From Chrysomallon squamiferum (Eukaryota > Animalia > Mollusca): DNA of 64,000 bases. The notes beneath the pieces were generated by a model. It had not been told where the DNA came from and ran no database searches. It saw only the letters and a program-made list of their open reading frames with translations. Position 1 is the stretch's first letter, and the number at the start of each line of letters is the position of its first letter. The translations under genes and the position numbers were made by a program. This document shows positions 29,303-43,423 of this stretch, in pieces. The DNA lies in NCBI GenBank assembly GCA_012295275.1, contig CM022674.1, positions 16,368,001-16,432,000 on the forward strand, given 5' to 3'.

Positions 29303-32300
29303 TTAGTTACTATCTTTAGCTGCATACTCCAATAAAAAGGAAACAGTTTCATTTATATCGCTGTAACTCTTAGCTATTTCAAGAGGAGTTTCACCTTGGC
29401 CATTTTTAACATTTACATCAGCACCTTTTTCAATCAGTGCTGTAACAATTTCTACATTTCCATCTTCAGTTGCTAAGTGTAAAACAGAATTATTATCATT
29501 GTCTGTCAAATTAGGATCAGCTCCTTGTTTTAGTAAATACAAAAATATGTTGTAAAGGTCAAACTCAACAGCTGTAAAAAGAGGAGTTTCACCTTGCATA
29601 TTCCTTATATTTACATCAACACCTTTTTCAATCAGTGCTGTAACAATTTCTACATTTCCATTTTCAGCTGCTAAGTGCAAAACAGAATTGTTATGATTGT
29701 CTGTTAAATTAAGATCAGCTCCATGTTCCAGTAAAACCAAAGCTACGTTTGTCTTAGAGGACACAGGTGGATCTTGTAAAAAATGAAATTTATTGTAGTT
29801 CAGAAATGTAAAAAGAGGAGTTTCACCTTTCATGTTCTTTCCATTTACATTAAAACCTTTATCAATCAGTGCTTTCACAATTTCTACATTTCCATGTTCA
29901 GCTGCTAAGTGTAAAACAGAATTATTATCATTGTCTGTTAAATTAGGATCAGCTCCATTTTCCAGTAAAACCAAAGCTACGTTTCTCTTAGAGGACACAG
30001 GTGGATCTGCAAAACGAAAACATTGATAGTATTTCAGAAATGTAAAAAGAGGAGTTTCACCTTTCATGTTCTTAGCATTTACATCAACACCTTTATCAAT
30101 CAGTGCTTTCACAATGTCTACATTTCCATGTTTAGCTGCCAAGTGTAAAACAGAATTGTTATAATTTTCTGTTAAATTAGGATCAGCTCCATTTTCCAGT
30201 AAAACCAAAGCTATGTTTGTCTTAGACAACACAGGTGGATTTTGGAAAAAAACTAAATTCTTTGTGTTTCACACATGTTAAAAGAGGAGTTTCACCTTTC
30301 ATGTTCTTAGCATTTACATCAACACCTTTATCAATCAGTGCTTTCACAATGTCTACATTTCCATGTTTAGCTGCTAAGTGTAAAACAGAATTGTTATAAT
30401 TGTCTGCTAAATGGGGATCAGCTCCTTGGTTTAGTAAATATAAAGCTATTTCTGGTCTGTGACAACTCAAAGATACATGAAGAGGAGTTTTCTCTTCAAT
30501 GTTAATTGCATTTATTTCAGCACCCTTTTTTGTTACTTCTTTCACAACATCTATGTCAATTTTAGAGGCTATGTGCAATGCTGAATTCTCGTAGTAATCT
30601 TTTATATCGGTATCAGCACCTTTCTTCAGTAACAACAAAGCTACTTCCCTTCTGTGTGTCACTGCGTTTACAGCTTCATGAAGTGGAGTGTTTCCCTTAC
30701 TGTTTACTGCGTTAACATCAGCATTTCTCTTTATCAGTGATTTTATCATATCTAAGTCACCACGCAGAACTGAAATGTGGAGGGGTGTGTATGAAGGCAA
30801 CAATTCTACATTATTTTCATCTTCAAACAACTGAATCAATTTCTGATTAACAGCTACATTAACATTAGGATCAGCTCCCTTATAAAGAAGACACTGAACA
30901 GCACATGCACTGTTAAACATCACTGCTGCTTTCAGTACTTGACTTTTCTTCCAGTTCTCATCTGTATCATTACATCTCTGCTCAAGGAGAAAATTCACTG
31001 TATCAGTAGCTCCCCATACTGCTGCTGCTAAAAGTAGTTTATCTCTGTTCTCATCATTTAAACAATCAGGTTTCAGTTTTACTATTTCTTTTATAACACC
31101 AGAATTACTCTGACAAGCAGCAATAATAGCAATGTGTATAATTTTGTTTATTATATCAATGGTAACCAGTTTTTTAAAAAGATGGCTTACATCAACAACT
31201 TCAGCAGTATTCGACTCCCAAAAATGCCAATATTCTGAATCAAGTATTACTTGTCTATGGAACCTAACCAATAGCAGTTTAATGGCTTTTTCCTTGATTT
31301 CACTGTTGTGTTTCTCATTTTTTATCATTTCAGCTAACATACATGCAATTGTCATATTACCTGAACAAATAGAAACAAGTAAGAGATGTGAATAGTCATG
31401 GAATTTCCTCTCTGTTTCACACTGTAACAGTTCTTTGAGTATGGTAGCACTGTCTGTTTTTGAACAAGCAGCTACCCGCAATGTATCAAATGCTGGAATA
31501 ACACCTGATTTTAGCAACGTTCTCACAACATCTTCATCACCAAACAAACAAGAAATATTCAAAAGTTCTTTTTTCAGATTTGTTAATTTCATTTTACACA
31601 GATTTTCAGTGAAAAATCTTGACAATGTTTTTAATCCCTTCACAATACATTCACTTTGAACAGATGGCGAAATTTCAAAATGTGTTTCAGTGTGCAAATG
31701 CATATTAATAGAACACTCTGAATAACTTTCAAGAAGACATGAAATATTGCTAAATATTTCATCAAGATTGTCTACATTTACAGATGATATATACAAATGT
31801 TCATCTTGATCTTTATGTAGTTGTTGATGAACTATTTTAAACAATTTATCATTAAAGTATTTTTTCTCTATGAGATACTTCACAAACTCTTCATCTTTCA
31901 ATGATGGATGTGAAATAATGTCTTTGGCATTGCTTGATGCCAACAAGTCAGTAAATCTCCGAGCAAGAACATCAAAGCAGTTAGGTTTCACAGTCATTGT
32001 AATGTGACTTTTGTTAGACACTCCAGGCGTCACAACATATTCTAACAACATGGAGACAGGACACAATTCTAACAACTCTGCTGCTTTTTTTGGAAACTGT
32101 GATGCATACATCAGAAACAATGAGTCAAACACTGACTGGTGAATAAATGTGTATTCATTGTCGGAACACTTCAAATAGGTACCACACATTTCATCAGCTG
32201 TTTTCTTTATAGCTGTGAGACCAGTGTTCAGACCAGTATTCAGACAGGCTTTCTCTAGCAGTCTTACTAATTTCATTATGTCGCTGTCGGTGTCATTTTC

Positions 32301-33088
32301 AAATGGGTCCAGTGAATCAATCCTGAGACTGTCTTGTTGAAACAAGATCAGCAGTAGAACCAGGTAATTGATCTGTGAAGATTTATCATTTTTCAAATTT
32401 TCCAGTTGTTCTCTGAGATATTCTACAGGTTTCTGAAAAAACTCAACTCCTCTTTTCTGTGCATCACTTGAATTAACATAATACAGACACACCTGAGGAA
32501 ATCCTAACTTTGTACATGAGCAGAAAATGACAGTAATTTTATAAGCTTCATCCATTCTAACATTCTTTTGTTCAAGATATCTGTTTAGAATTTCTAGCTT
32601 CTCATCATAATTCAGACAACATTCGTCGCTCTGCAGGTCAAGGATATGATTTTCATTGAACAGATCAAATTCCTTTAGATTAGCTATACTTTCTGTAAAT
32701 ATTTGTTTTCTTAAAGTAATAATACATCTCACACACTTGTCTTTAACAAGACTCCACACCTCTGGAAATAGCTGTTTCCAGCACGAAACAAAATCTAATA
32801 CAAGATTAGTTTTACCAAATATGTCATCAATGAGAACAATACATGGTTTATCTTTAGACACAGGAATGTATTTGAAATCAGAGTGATGAGTCACGATGTA
32901 AGAGTCTATTTTTTCTTTTTCTCTATCTGTTTAATCATGTTCAGACCTAGAGTTGTCTTTCCTGAACCTGGACTTCCTACTACAATAACAACAACATTTC
33001 TTTTTCAAAAGTGTTAGTCCTCTTTCTTCTGCTCTTGTTTCAACATAGACTCTCCAGTCAACTGAGTTTAACTGTGACCTGGTAGAAT
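29303..33088 (-). CDS. Large terminal exon: nSTAND3-type P-loop NTPase + helical region + ankyrin repeats (three 1-nt indels)
   Basis: Acceptor at 33089-33091. YVETRAEERGLTLLKK; Walker A VIVVGSPGSGKTT (GSPGSGKT at 32954-32977); Walker B PCIVLIDDIFG; GFPQVC; FIHQSVFD; then many TPLH/SVLHLAA..G..ADVN ankyrin repeats to TAA at 29303. Indels at ~32990, ~32915 and ~30250. Confidence 0.88.
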
Positions 33089-33364
33089 CTGTATCACAAC
33101 ATTTAAAAAAATAATATCTATTATTAACATATTTAAATATATTTCACTATTTAGATATAGATAATATAATTTTAAACTAGTCATCAGATGTGAAACTTTT
33201 AAAATAAAGCAGCAATTTTTTGTTATAATTTTTGGACTTCATCAGAATTTAATGATAATACCATATCACAGTTTTAGATGCTGCAAAAATAACATAATGA
33301 TTATCTTCTTATAAATTAACATCTTTCAGAAGTAAAAAAAAAAATAAAATAAAATAAAAAATAC

Positions 33365-33397
33365 CTTTCATATGGGACGCTTGTCCATCAGTCTTTG
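33365..33397 (-). CDS. Exon 6 (33 nt, phase 1-1) of the NLR-like gene
   Basis: cag|CAAAGACT...ATGAAAG|gtat; open, KTDGQASHMK. Confidence 0.7.
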
Positions 33398-33628
33398 CTG
33401 AAATGATATAAAAAATAAAACAAGTAAATTTATATTACTGATGATGAGAGCAAAAGAGAAATTATTAAAGTGAAATATACAGTTACTCTGTACTTCATTC
33501 ATGGAACAGTCAACATATAACATTATTATTATCTTTCTGATTTATTTTAGTAGAATTATTACTACTAGTATTAAAACTACTGCTGTTGTTTTTTCTCACT
33601 ATTGTTACTTAGTTATTGTTATTGTTCA

Positions 33629-33674
<46 letters not shown>

Positions 33675-33783
33675 TTTTTTGTGTTTTTAATAATTGCAAG
33701 TGAAAATAATGACATATATATTGGCTTGATTAATGTATGCTGAATTCTCTTAAAAAAAAAATCTAGATAAGATTGATGGCACT

Positions 33784-33848
<65 letters not shown>

Positions 33849-34333
33849 ACGTCATAAGCACATAAGACAAAAAAGTGCGCTGGCGTAACATTTGTTATTA
33901 TTACTGTTATTTAATTATTATTTTACAAACATTAACAAATCATAAACTTCAAACATTTTAGTTCCAAATTATAAGCACTCCTAGGTAGTCCATGACTTAA
34001 GTTTCTTCAAATTGTACGACGAGTGTTAGGAGGGCTGCTTTGGATCTCACAGATTTGGGAAATTTTTAAATTACTGATTGTCCAGCACTAACATGTGTTA
34101 TGACATTTTCCATATGGAACTGTTCTAATCTGATTGCTTCAATATTAAACTGTTCAGTTTCACAACTTACAAGCATTATTTCTCAGATCCATATGTAAAT
34201 CATCCACTGCACACAGTATGAATAAAATCTGTCATTTGTTAGTATTATTGAATAAAACAATATGTTTTAAAAAATGTATAATAGTCTTTATATTAAATGC
34301 CTGCATCTCTGCGTTCGTGAGTTTTTGAGGTTT

Positions 34334-34364
<31 letters not shown>

Positions 34365-34810
34365 TGTCTATGTTTGTGTGAATATTGTTCAGGTCACAGA
34401 ATCTGATAGAAAAATACTAATCACTATTTTGATGCATATTCTAATAACAGGCAGGCAAAACAAATGTTTCCATTTTCGACTTGCTAATTAAATATTTTTT
34501 TCTCCTAATAGAACATTTCTAAAGTGAGATATATCTTAGTCACCCAGGCCAATGTTGTTGATGTGATGAATGGCAGTTTAATTTTATCCATGAGCAAGCT
34601 ATCATTCAGCATAGCACAAAATTTTGTACACAACTCATGTGAACTATATGGTCGTTCACACAATTTGTGCACTCTTGGTGGGTAGGCATGTATGTATGTA
34701 TTATATCTGTGTTTGCTTGTGCTGGTCATAATGTTTGATATTAAAATACTACCGATTAATGTGACATATATTTCTGTAATCTATTAAGAATATTTTGGTG
34801 TTTAACTTAC

Positions 34811-34909
34811 TGGTTTTCACAGCTTCATCTCCTAATACACTACTTCTGTTACTTGATAGATTTGTATCTGTTCTCATATTTACATTACGTTCTACCACTG
34901 CTCGTTCTG
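34811..34909 (-). CDS. Exon 5 (99 nt, phase 1-1) of the NLR-like gene
   Basis: tctgtttgcag|CAGAACGA...AAAACCA|gtaagt; open, ERAVVERNVNMRTD...AVKT. Confidence 0.7.
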
Positions 34910-35497
34910 CTGCAAACAGAAAAATAAATTATTTAAACTCACAGCCTACAAGTGTTATTTCTAAAATTGTCTGTAGCTACATATAGAGCATACAGTATCA
35001 AAAATGTGTTTGTGTGTGTGTACTTTTGCATATATCACCAGCTATTGCTAAAACATGCATATTGACATAAAATAATGAAAATGACAATTTAAGAAGCAGT
35101 TTCTAAAAACAAAGGTGAGCAAAAATGTCTAACTGCACATAATAGCATATCACAGTATCCTTGGATAGTGTACTGGTTACTGGTTGAGATAGGTCACACA
35201 TGACAGGTGGGCTTTGTATTCTGGACAACATTAATAGGTTCAAGAAATTTAGTCAGTGTTTCATTTAATGAAAAATAAGTAATTTTGTTATGGTAAAATG
35301 TAGCTATGTAGTTGCTAGAGGTCAGCACTGCAGTAAAATTACTTCTAAACAGTAACTGAGTAAGCTATGTTATGCAGCTTGTCTGTTAATCAATTTACTT
35401 GAGTAGTTTTACTTGTGTAGTTCACTGCTGTTTTATCTTACATCCAGTAAGATCATGTGAACCAAAACAGGATAAAACTTCCATCAAGTTTACAAAT

Positions 35498-35532
<35 letters not shown>

Positions 35533-35823
35533 CATATTCATATATATACATATATACATACATATATACATACATATATATACATATATACATATACAAT
35601 ACATACATACATTGATACACATATATACATTCTTCTCTGTGCTTTACTCCTACAGTTTATGTTAATAAAGTCATTATCATTGTGACAATTGTAGAGAAAA
35701 CTTTTTGTGGCACTTTATCATAACACAATCTCTTAGAAAGCAAGTCAGCACCAATGAAAACTCCAACTATACATATATATATATACAAAAAAAATGTATA
35801 ACGTGTATATATATATATATGTA

Positions 35824-35855
<32 letters not shown>

Positions 35856-36269
35856 TATTTGTGTGTATGTATGTATATATGTATATATGCATATGTGTGT
35901 GTGTGTGTGTCTGTATGTTCTTATATTTATATATAAGAACATACACACCAAACTCGTAAGTACATACATTGTTATTAACTATATAAAAATTAGGATCTTT
36001 ACTTTTGTGTACTAGAAGATGTTTTCCTAAGATTTTTCATATAACATTCTTATTACGTCTTCTGATTTATGTTACTATAATTATTACTACTAGTATTAAA
36101 ACTACTGCTTTTTTTTTGTTCTCACCATTGCTATTTAGTTATTGTTATTGTTTTATTATTATTATTATTATTATTATTATACACACATACATACATATAT
36201 ATATACATATAACCATATATACATACATACATATATACATACAATCATATATATATATATATATATATA

Positions 36270-37702
36270 TACTCCCAAAAAAAAAACGCAAAATGGTTGA
36301 TTTGTTAGATAACTATTGTAAACTGACACATATCAATTTACAGACTATGAATATAATGACATTTCGTGATTCAAACGTATAGCTTTTGTTACTGTCAGAA
36401 AAAAAGCAGGTAACACAAAATAAAGAGGATGATCGTCTTTATTAGGCAAAACGTCCCCGCATGGAAACCATGTTACCAGTGCATGTGCATTTGCAGCACA
36501 AGAAACTTGAATACGAGGGTTATAAAAAGGCAAGGCTTTCGAAAACTTCTGTTCGTTATCTTTGTTCTGACCCAACATCAAACAAATGCCACGACTGAGT
36601 GAACCACAATTTACAAGCTGGCGAATCCTTCTCGGCCGCAGCCCAGGTGTTCCATGTATCCCCAAGCACCATCTTGAGATTGTGGTATTGGTTCCAGCAA
36701 CACCAAACAACGCATGACCGTCCCAGATCAGGTAGACCACGTGTAACCACCAGGGCCCAGGGCCGCTACATAGGGTACTTCATCTACGGGAAAGAACCAC
36801 TACTGCTACCTCTACTGCTTCAGCAATACCAGGTCTGCGTAGAATATCGGCTCAGACAGTGCGCAATCGTTTACGCGAGGCAGGTATTCGAGCCAGACGG
36901 CCTGTAAGAAGACTGGTTCTGACTCAACAACATCGTCGACTACGACGTCAGTGGTGTCAACTGCACAGAGTCTGGCCTCAGTTACAATGGAGAACTGTCT
37001 GGTTTAGTGACGAGGCTCGATTTCAACTTCGTCAAGCTGATGGAAGATGTCAAGTTTACAGACGTCATGGTGAACGTTTTGCTGCAAACTGCATACAGGA
37101 AGCGGAAACTTTTGGCGGTGATAGTGTGATGTTGTGGGCAGCAATCTCATACACTGGCAGGACCAACCTGGTTTACATCCAAGGCAACATAATGGCACAG
37201 AGATACCGAGATGAAATTTTTTTGCGACAGGTCGCTCCAATTATGAATAATGGTAACGCTGTATTCCAGCACGACAATGCGAGACCACATACAGCCAGAC
37301 TCACAACAGTGTACCTACACAACAATAACATTCAAGTCCTGCCGTGGCACTCTAAATCTCCGGATTTGAACCCTATAGAGCATTTATGGGTCGAGTTGGA
37401 TAGACGACTGAGGCAGCATCAACCACAGCCACAGAATCATTCTTAGTTGGCATTATTACTACAGACAGTGGGCCATGGGAAGAAGATGTCAGGAAGTTTT
37501 GGACTCCCATGATGGGCACACAAGGTATTGATATTATACTGTTATAACGTTGAACTTTAACCTTTTCAATGTAATACCATCAATATTAATGAACTGCGAA
37601 AGTGTGTGTAAAATGTGAACATTCTGCTGCTTTCTGTTCATCCATTAGATAGATATTCCCAATGTCAATAAAATCTACTTTTGCATTTCTTTTTGGGGAG
37701 AA
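36270..37702 (+). mobile_element. Near full-length Tc1 (DD34E) transposon in an intron of the NLR-like gene
   Basis: Imperfect ~30-bp TIRs (ACTCCCAAAA..CGCAAAA / TTTTGCATTTCTTTTTGGGGAG) in TA context. HTH..RSGRPRVTT N-terminus; WFSDE..HDNARPH-(34)-SPDLNPIE. Frameshifted, with a premature stop. Confidence 0.92.
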
Positions 37703-37999
37703 TATATATGTACACAGACACACACCCACAAACATTACCATTTCAGTGTACATGTACTTCTTAATTCTATGATAAAAAAATTCCTGAATGTTTCGGCAAA
37801 TTATTGATTAGGTATTCTATTGTAATGCTACTTATGAATGTTTACAGTTTTTCTTAGCAAATATGTTTCTTGTGATGACATGATGACATCAATATTAAAA
37901 ACATCAAAATACATGCATGATATTATTGGAAAGGATGTTATATGTGAATGCCAAATATATTCGTATCTCAGAATTTGGACTCGTCTCCTTTGAACTTAC

Positions 38000-38086
38000 T
38001 AATTATCTTGTTTTTGGCTCCTATTTGAACATTTCCACAGTGATGTATGTTTACTGTTTGTTTTACAAGTTGTATTTTTTGAGTAT
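38000..38086 (-). CDS. Exon 4 (87 nt, phase 1-1) encoding a RHIM-like motif
   Basis: ctctttcacag|ATACTC...ATAATTA|gtaagt; translation DTQKIQLVKQTVNIHHCGNVQIGAKNKII. Confidence 0.8.
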
Positions 38087-38610
38087 CTGTGAAAGAGAAT
38101 AAATACATTTTTAAGAATAGAATACAGTATTAATAAAATCAATTAAAAGTATTATTGCATATAACAATATATCATTTAAAAATGTTTTTAACTGATTATG
38201 TGCAGGTGCTATGAAATAAGTATTACTTCATAGTATTAAAATGTATAACAGTAAATACAAAATTAATTAGAATGGTTATGATGAACTAACAAAACAGTAA
38301 CTAGAGTGTATTTTACTTTACTGTTTTAATCTGTAAAACAAAACGGCCATAACAAAGTATAAACTTAATTCATTATCAGTATAACTTTTAAAAGTGTCAG
38401 TTTACTAATGCCTAAGATGTAACTAAACAATACATTCAAACACTGTATTGATACAAATGTAATATGTACTTTTGTCAGTTTAGAATTTACCATCAATAAA
38501 CAATACAATATACTGAAATATTCTATTATAACAAATATAAAAATAATGTTGACTCTTTATAATTTCTTGTTAAAAAAGTAAACAGTACATTTAAATACTG
38601 TGTGTGTTAC

Positions 38611-38912
38611 CATGACTGCTTGACACAGGTAGTTGTAAATGATGTTCTGTACGAGTGATGTCCAAGGAAGACTGAGATGTGATGCCAGAGAGAGATAGAC
38701 TTGACATATTGTCTAAGAGAGACACAGCTGTCACAGTCTCTGCAGAAGAAACAGCTGTCACAGTCTCTTCAGAAGAAACACCTGTCACATTCTCTTCAGA
38801 AAAAACAGCTGTCACAGTCTCTACAGAAGACACAGCTGTCACAGTGGACGAAACAGCTGTTGTGTTAGAAGAATCTTCTGAACTCTCCTTTTTGACATCT
38901 ATATTGGCTGAG
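38611..38912 (-). CDS. Exon 3 (302 nt, phase 2-1), Ser/Thr-rich with 27-nt TVTAVSSEE repeats
   Basis: ttttttacag|CTCAGCC...CATG|gtaac; open frame; acceptor conserved in the duplicate at 3853. Confidence 0.75.
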
Positions 38913-39448
38913 CTGTAAAAAATATGATTGTTTTATATATATAAGGAAGAAAAGAAATGTGTTATTTACTTATTTTATTTACTGTTATACCGGGTCAGAC
39001 ATAAGATTTAGGAACAGTCAGAAACCCACAGCAGTCACTTCACCTGTCTACTCTCTCTTATTAACAACAAGTTATGTTTAATTTATACCTACCTACAAAC
39101 AGTAAAAACTATACATCAGGTGTTGAGCACTGCTAAAATGAAATCAGGTCAAGATTCCATCAGCAGGAATTGATCCAAATATCTACTACACCTTTCAAAC
39201 TTTACTAGAGACCTACATCTAGTACCTTGTATTAATACCAGCATTGACTCATAGACTGTATTCTCAATTTGGTTCTATAAATAAATGCCTCAAACATTTT
39301 TTTAAAATAATGAAATAAAAAAAGGCTTAAAATAAATATCCCCATTTTTTAAAAAGAGGTGTTTGATCATGTTATTGAGAAATACTCAAGAAAACACAAT
39401 TTTTCAATACTGTTACCTAAAACCATAGTTCTAATTAATTAATCTTAC

Positions 39449-39568
39449 CTCATTTTGGATTTGTTCTTTTCCTTCTTTTTAGAGGGTGGTGATGGGGTAA
39501 CTGGGGCAGGTTCTGACTGTGGGTTCCTCTGTTTCTCAGCTGTTCTGCTGCTTTGCTCTGTAGTCAAA
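39449..39568 (-). CDS. Exon 2 (120 nt, phase 2-2), Pro/Lys-rich
   Basis: tttcag|TTTGACT...AATGAG|gtaag; both splice sites and the frame are conserved in the duplicate at 3203-3322. Confidence 0.78.
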
Positions 39569-42500
39569 CTGAAACACACAGATTTACTAGTGATATTCCA
39601 CATTTTTCTAAACATTACCAACATAGATGAACAAAATAAACAGAACAGTTGTCAGAAATAACAGTAAATGACAAAAGCAGTGCACTGTAACAAAAGTCCA
39701 TGGAAATTACTGCACTGCCATTAAATTGATTAATTTAGGATTCATGATATCAACTTTCCATTTAGTGCATTTTTCAAACTGAAACCACATACCAACATCA
39801 GTCTGCATACAGAACGGAAAGTCATAAAGGGATGATCTGTGAGTAACAATGTTTAATTTTGAAACATGCAGAATTGTATCAGCTGGGTCAGTTCAGATAG
39901 TTGAGGATTCAGATTCTTGTGAGGCATCATATGAATAATATTATAATCAATTCCTATCTTAGTTTTGTCGGACCTATTACTAAATTATACAAAACAGTAC
40001 AAATATAACTATACCATGAATATTTTTACTAAGTAATATTCTTAGTCTTGTCCACTGTACTAAATTATTTTATATAAACAATACAAATTAAAATATTACA
40101 AATATACACCTGAACAAAATGAGTGAAAACATGACAAGTAATTACAAAGTTGTGATGATTGAAAACAGAATGATGTTCCATGTTTCTGAATGACAGTTAC
40201 AACTGATTTCACTGTGTAGGCCATTGTATGATGTGTCCTTGTTTTTCTTAACTGCAGCATGCTCACATATCAGATTTTCAACTCCATTGTTTAGCACATC
40301 TCTCATTCAGTGTCAACTTCGCACAATGGTGAACATGATAAACACAAAGATGACACAAAATAAGAATGCATTCAACAGTTATGCCTCAAACCTACAGGAC
40401 ATTAGTTTGACAACAATTACCGTCATCAGTCCATTAGTGACCTCAACACTACATCCAACAAGTGCTGTAACTCTTCCTTAGTACTTATTTAAAATGTAAT
40501 TTGTTGAAATAAGTCAGTATGAACATCTCTGATACTTTATATGATGGTGAAAAAACTGTTATATCTATTAAATAAGTATTGTATGATTATTCTTCAGTAT
40601 TGTGTCTGTTTGTATATAAATATACTTTCAGAATTTGTAAACTTCAGCTTTCAATAATCTGCTACACTCTTCATTCCAAACCTTGATCAATTCATGATTT
40701 CATGTTAATTTACAGACACATTTTATTTGTGCAGTGTTTGAAACTGTCATCTTAATACACCACCAATACAGTAGTGACATCTACGAATAGAACAGTGTTC
40801 AACCATTATCATACTATGTACAAAGACTTTCTTTATTTACTATTTTTTTTTTTTTTAAAGACGATTTCTCCACACCATATATATACATGTATTTGTAAAA
40901 TAAAATAAAAAATAAAGTGTTAAGGTTTTTTCATTCAGTTAAATATGATTCTAGAGTAATTATAATAACCTATGATTGTGTATGAACATGTATTCCTTCA
41001 CTTAAACATTAAATGTAAATGTATTTTCAAAATAATACTAATAGTCTTTACTTTATTGTGTTTCTAAATTGTTTAATAGATTACTGAATGATAATTTTTC
41101 TACACTAAGTATAAAAATGTATATCAGATTGAAGATATACACACACACACACACACAGCTTCACTGCAAACAAATATTTTCTTCACTGTGTCAAGACAAA
41201 ATGAGTAAAAACAGCTGTATTTATGCTTCAAAGTGTTTGGATTAAAGTTAGTGTCACCTTACTGGGGTTACTTCATTACATAATGCTTGCTGAAAACTGA
41301 TTAAATATTTGATGAAAGCAAAGAATATTCAGTGACTGAAAACATATCAACTTATTTTCTTTTTTAAATGAATTACAAGTGACAGTCATTTTGTTATCTT
41401 GGAAAAAGAAAAAGAACACTGATCAGAGTTTCCACTTACAAACTGTTCAGTAAGTCCTGTTACTTCATTTTTGAAATGTAGATAGATAAATAAATAGCAA
41501 CAAAGGAAACATTGGTTAACTAAGGTAAAAATTAATTTTATTCATTATTAACTATTTCTGATATCAGAGACAAATATGAAATTTGCTTAATGAAGTCAGT
41601 GTAAGTTAGTTTATGTAAAGGTTGAAAACTGTTAAAGAAATAATTATAAGTAACAAACTACAACAAGAATTAAAAGTTATTTTTTAATAAATCCTGGACC
41701 TAGCCTGAGACTGGCTTTGACAACTAAAGTTGTATCTGTATTGTACTGTACATTGCACACTTATAACATTAAATGTTAATGTAACTAATTTAAACAAACA
41801 GAACATTTACTTACAATTCAGTTTAACCCATCTTTATACATTAGCTGCTGTATGTTAAACCAGTTGTCTGTAACTGACCATACAACTCTTCTGTCCTGTC
41901 AATAGAACAATACAAAACTTACACACTGATTTACCTTGCTTCATAAAATAACATTGTCTAGTAAGACTTTCTTTTATTATTATTATTATTACTATTGTAA
42001 TGAAAGAACTGCTGTCATTTGACAAAAAATATTAATAAAAAAGTAAAAACATGTATAAAAAAGGGGAATTAAGCACCAAGAGGAACAAAATACTGAAAAA
42101 CTAAAATTAAAAATAAATCTGTTATAACTGCCATTTTTTCCAAAATCAGTATAAAAAATCATTAACACACTTGAAACTGATGCTTAAAATATAATTGTAT
42201 TTATTTATTTATGTATTTATTTATTTATTATCAATGTAACATGGAACTGGTTAATTTACAAAATAAAATGTTATGAACCAAATCTAGTACAGTAAAAAGT
42301 CATACTTTAAAAAACTATTTACTAGTGTATTTGTAATATACCAGATTTGTTTCAGTCACATGATAGTTTTATCTGTACACAAGTTGTTGAGATAACATGT
42401 CTACCTGTATTCTGACTGAAAACATTAGATGATTCCACAAGTTTGACATCTGAAAGTGGATGTATAACCTTGTCATAGCTGAACATCGTGAAAACAAACA

Positions 42501-43423
42501 TTCTTAATAACTTGAGTGAATATCTGCTGTCATTTGAGGACATAAATTTAAGATTAACCACAGATACAGAGATGAATTCTCTTTTATAAATAATTTACTG
42601 AATTACTCATCACCTCCATTTGCTGTTGTTTAACACTCACTGCAGAATTACCTATGTACATCGATATATTACGCTCAAAACAATTACTTATTTATAATTC
42701 AATGTACCCCATCTTTAGATTCTTGCAATTGTATGTTAAAGCAGTTGTTTTAACTGATCATATAACTTTTCAGTCTTGCCAGTAGAATAACACAAAAGAT
42801 TTCAAATTATTAAAATATGTGCTAATGTTCATTTAGAAAAAAAAAAAATGAAATTTAATACAATAAAAAAAAAAACATTTTCTTTCCTAAAACAACCACA
42901 CAACAACAGAATCCAAACTCTTAAAAACTGAGAGTTATAATTAGAAGAGACAGGATGAAATCTTGGAAGTTTTTTGGTATCAAAATTGTTGTTACATTAA
43001 ATTGTCGTGATAAAATAATTTCACATTTTTGGGCCAAAAAATCCAGATACCTAGATAGCAAGAAAATCCAAATAGCTATGTAGAAAGACAATTCTCTTGT
43101 GTCTACTGTTTTAGTACACGGTCATCTAGTTTATGTACATGCATGTGGGATTACAATTTGATTAAGACATTGAAAGGTAAAATACAGGTGTGTGAAATAC
43201 AATTATTGTTACTGTTGTTGTTGTTATTAATTCAATTTTTTAATGCTTGGTTAAGAAACACTAGAATTAAACATGTTCATAACTCACTGTACTTTTTTAT
43301 TGTTCTCTAAGACTACTGAGTGGGCGAAAACTGGTTACATTTTAATTCTCTCATGTGTAAGGGTTTTTAATTAAATTAAGTAGGCCTAAGTACATAATAC
43401 AATACAGTATAAGTTTTCCTTAC

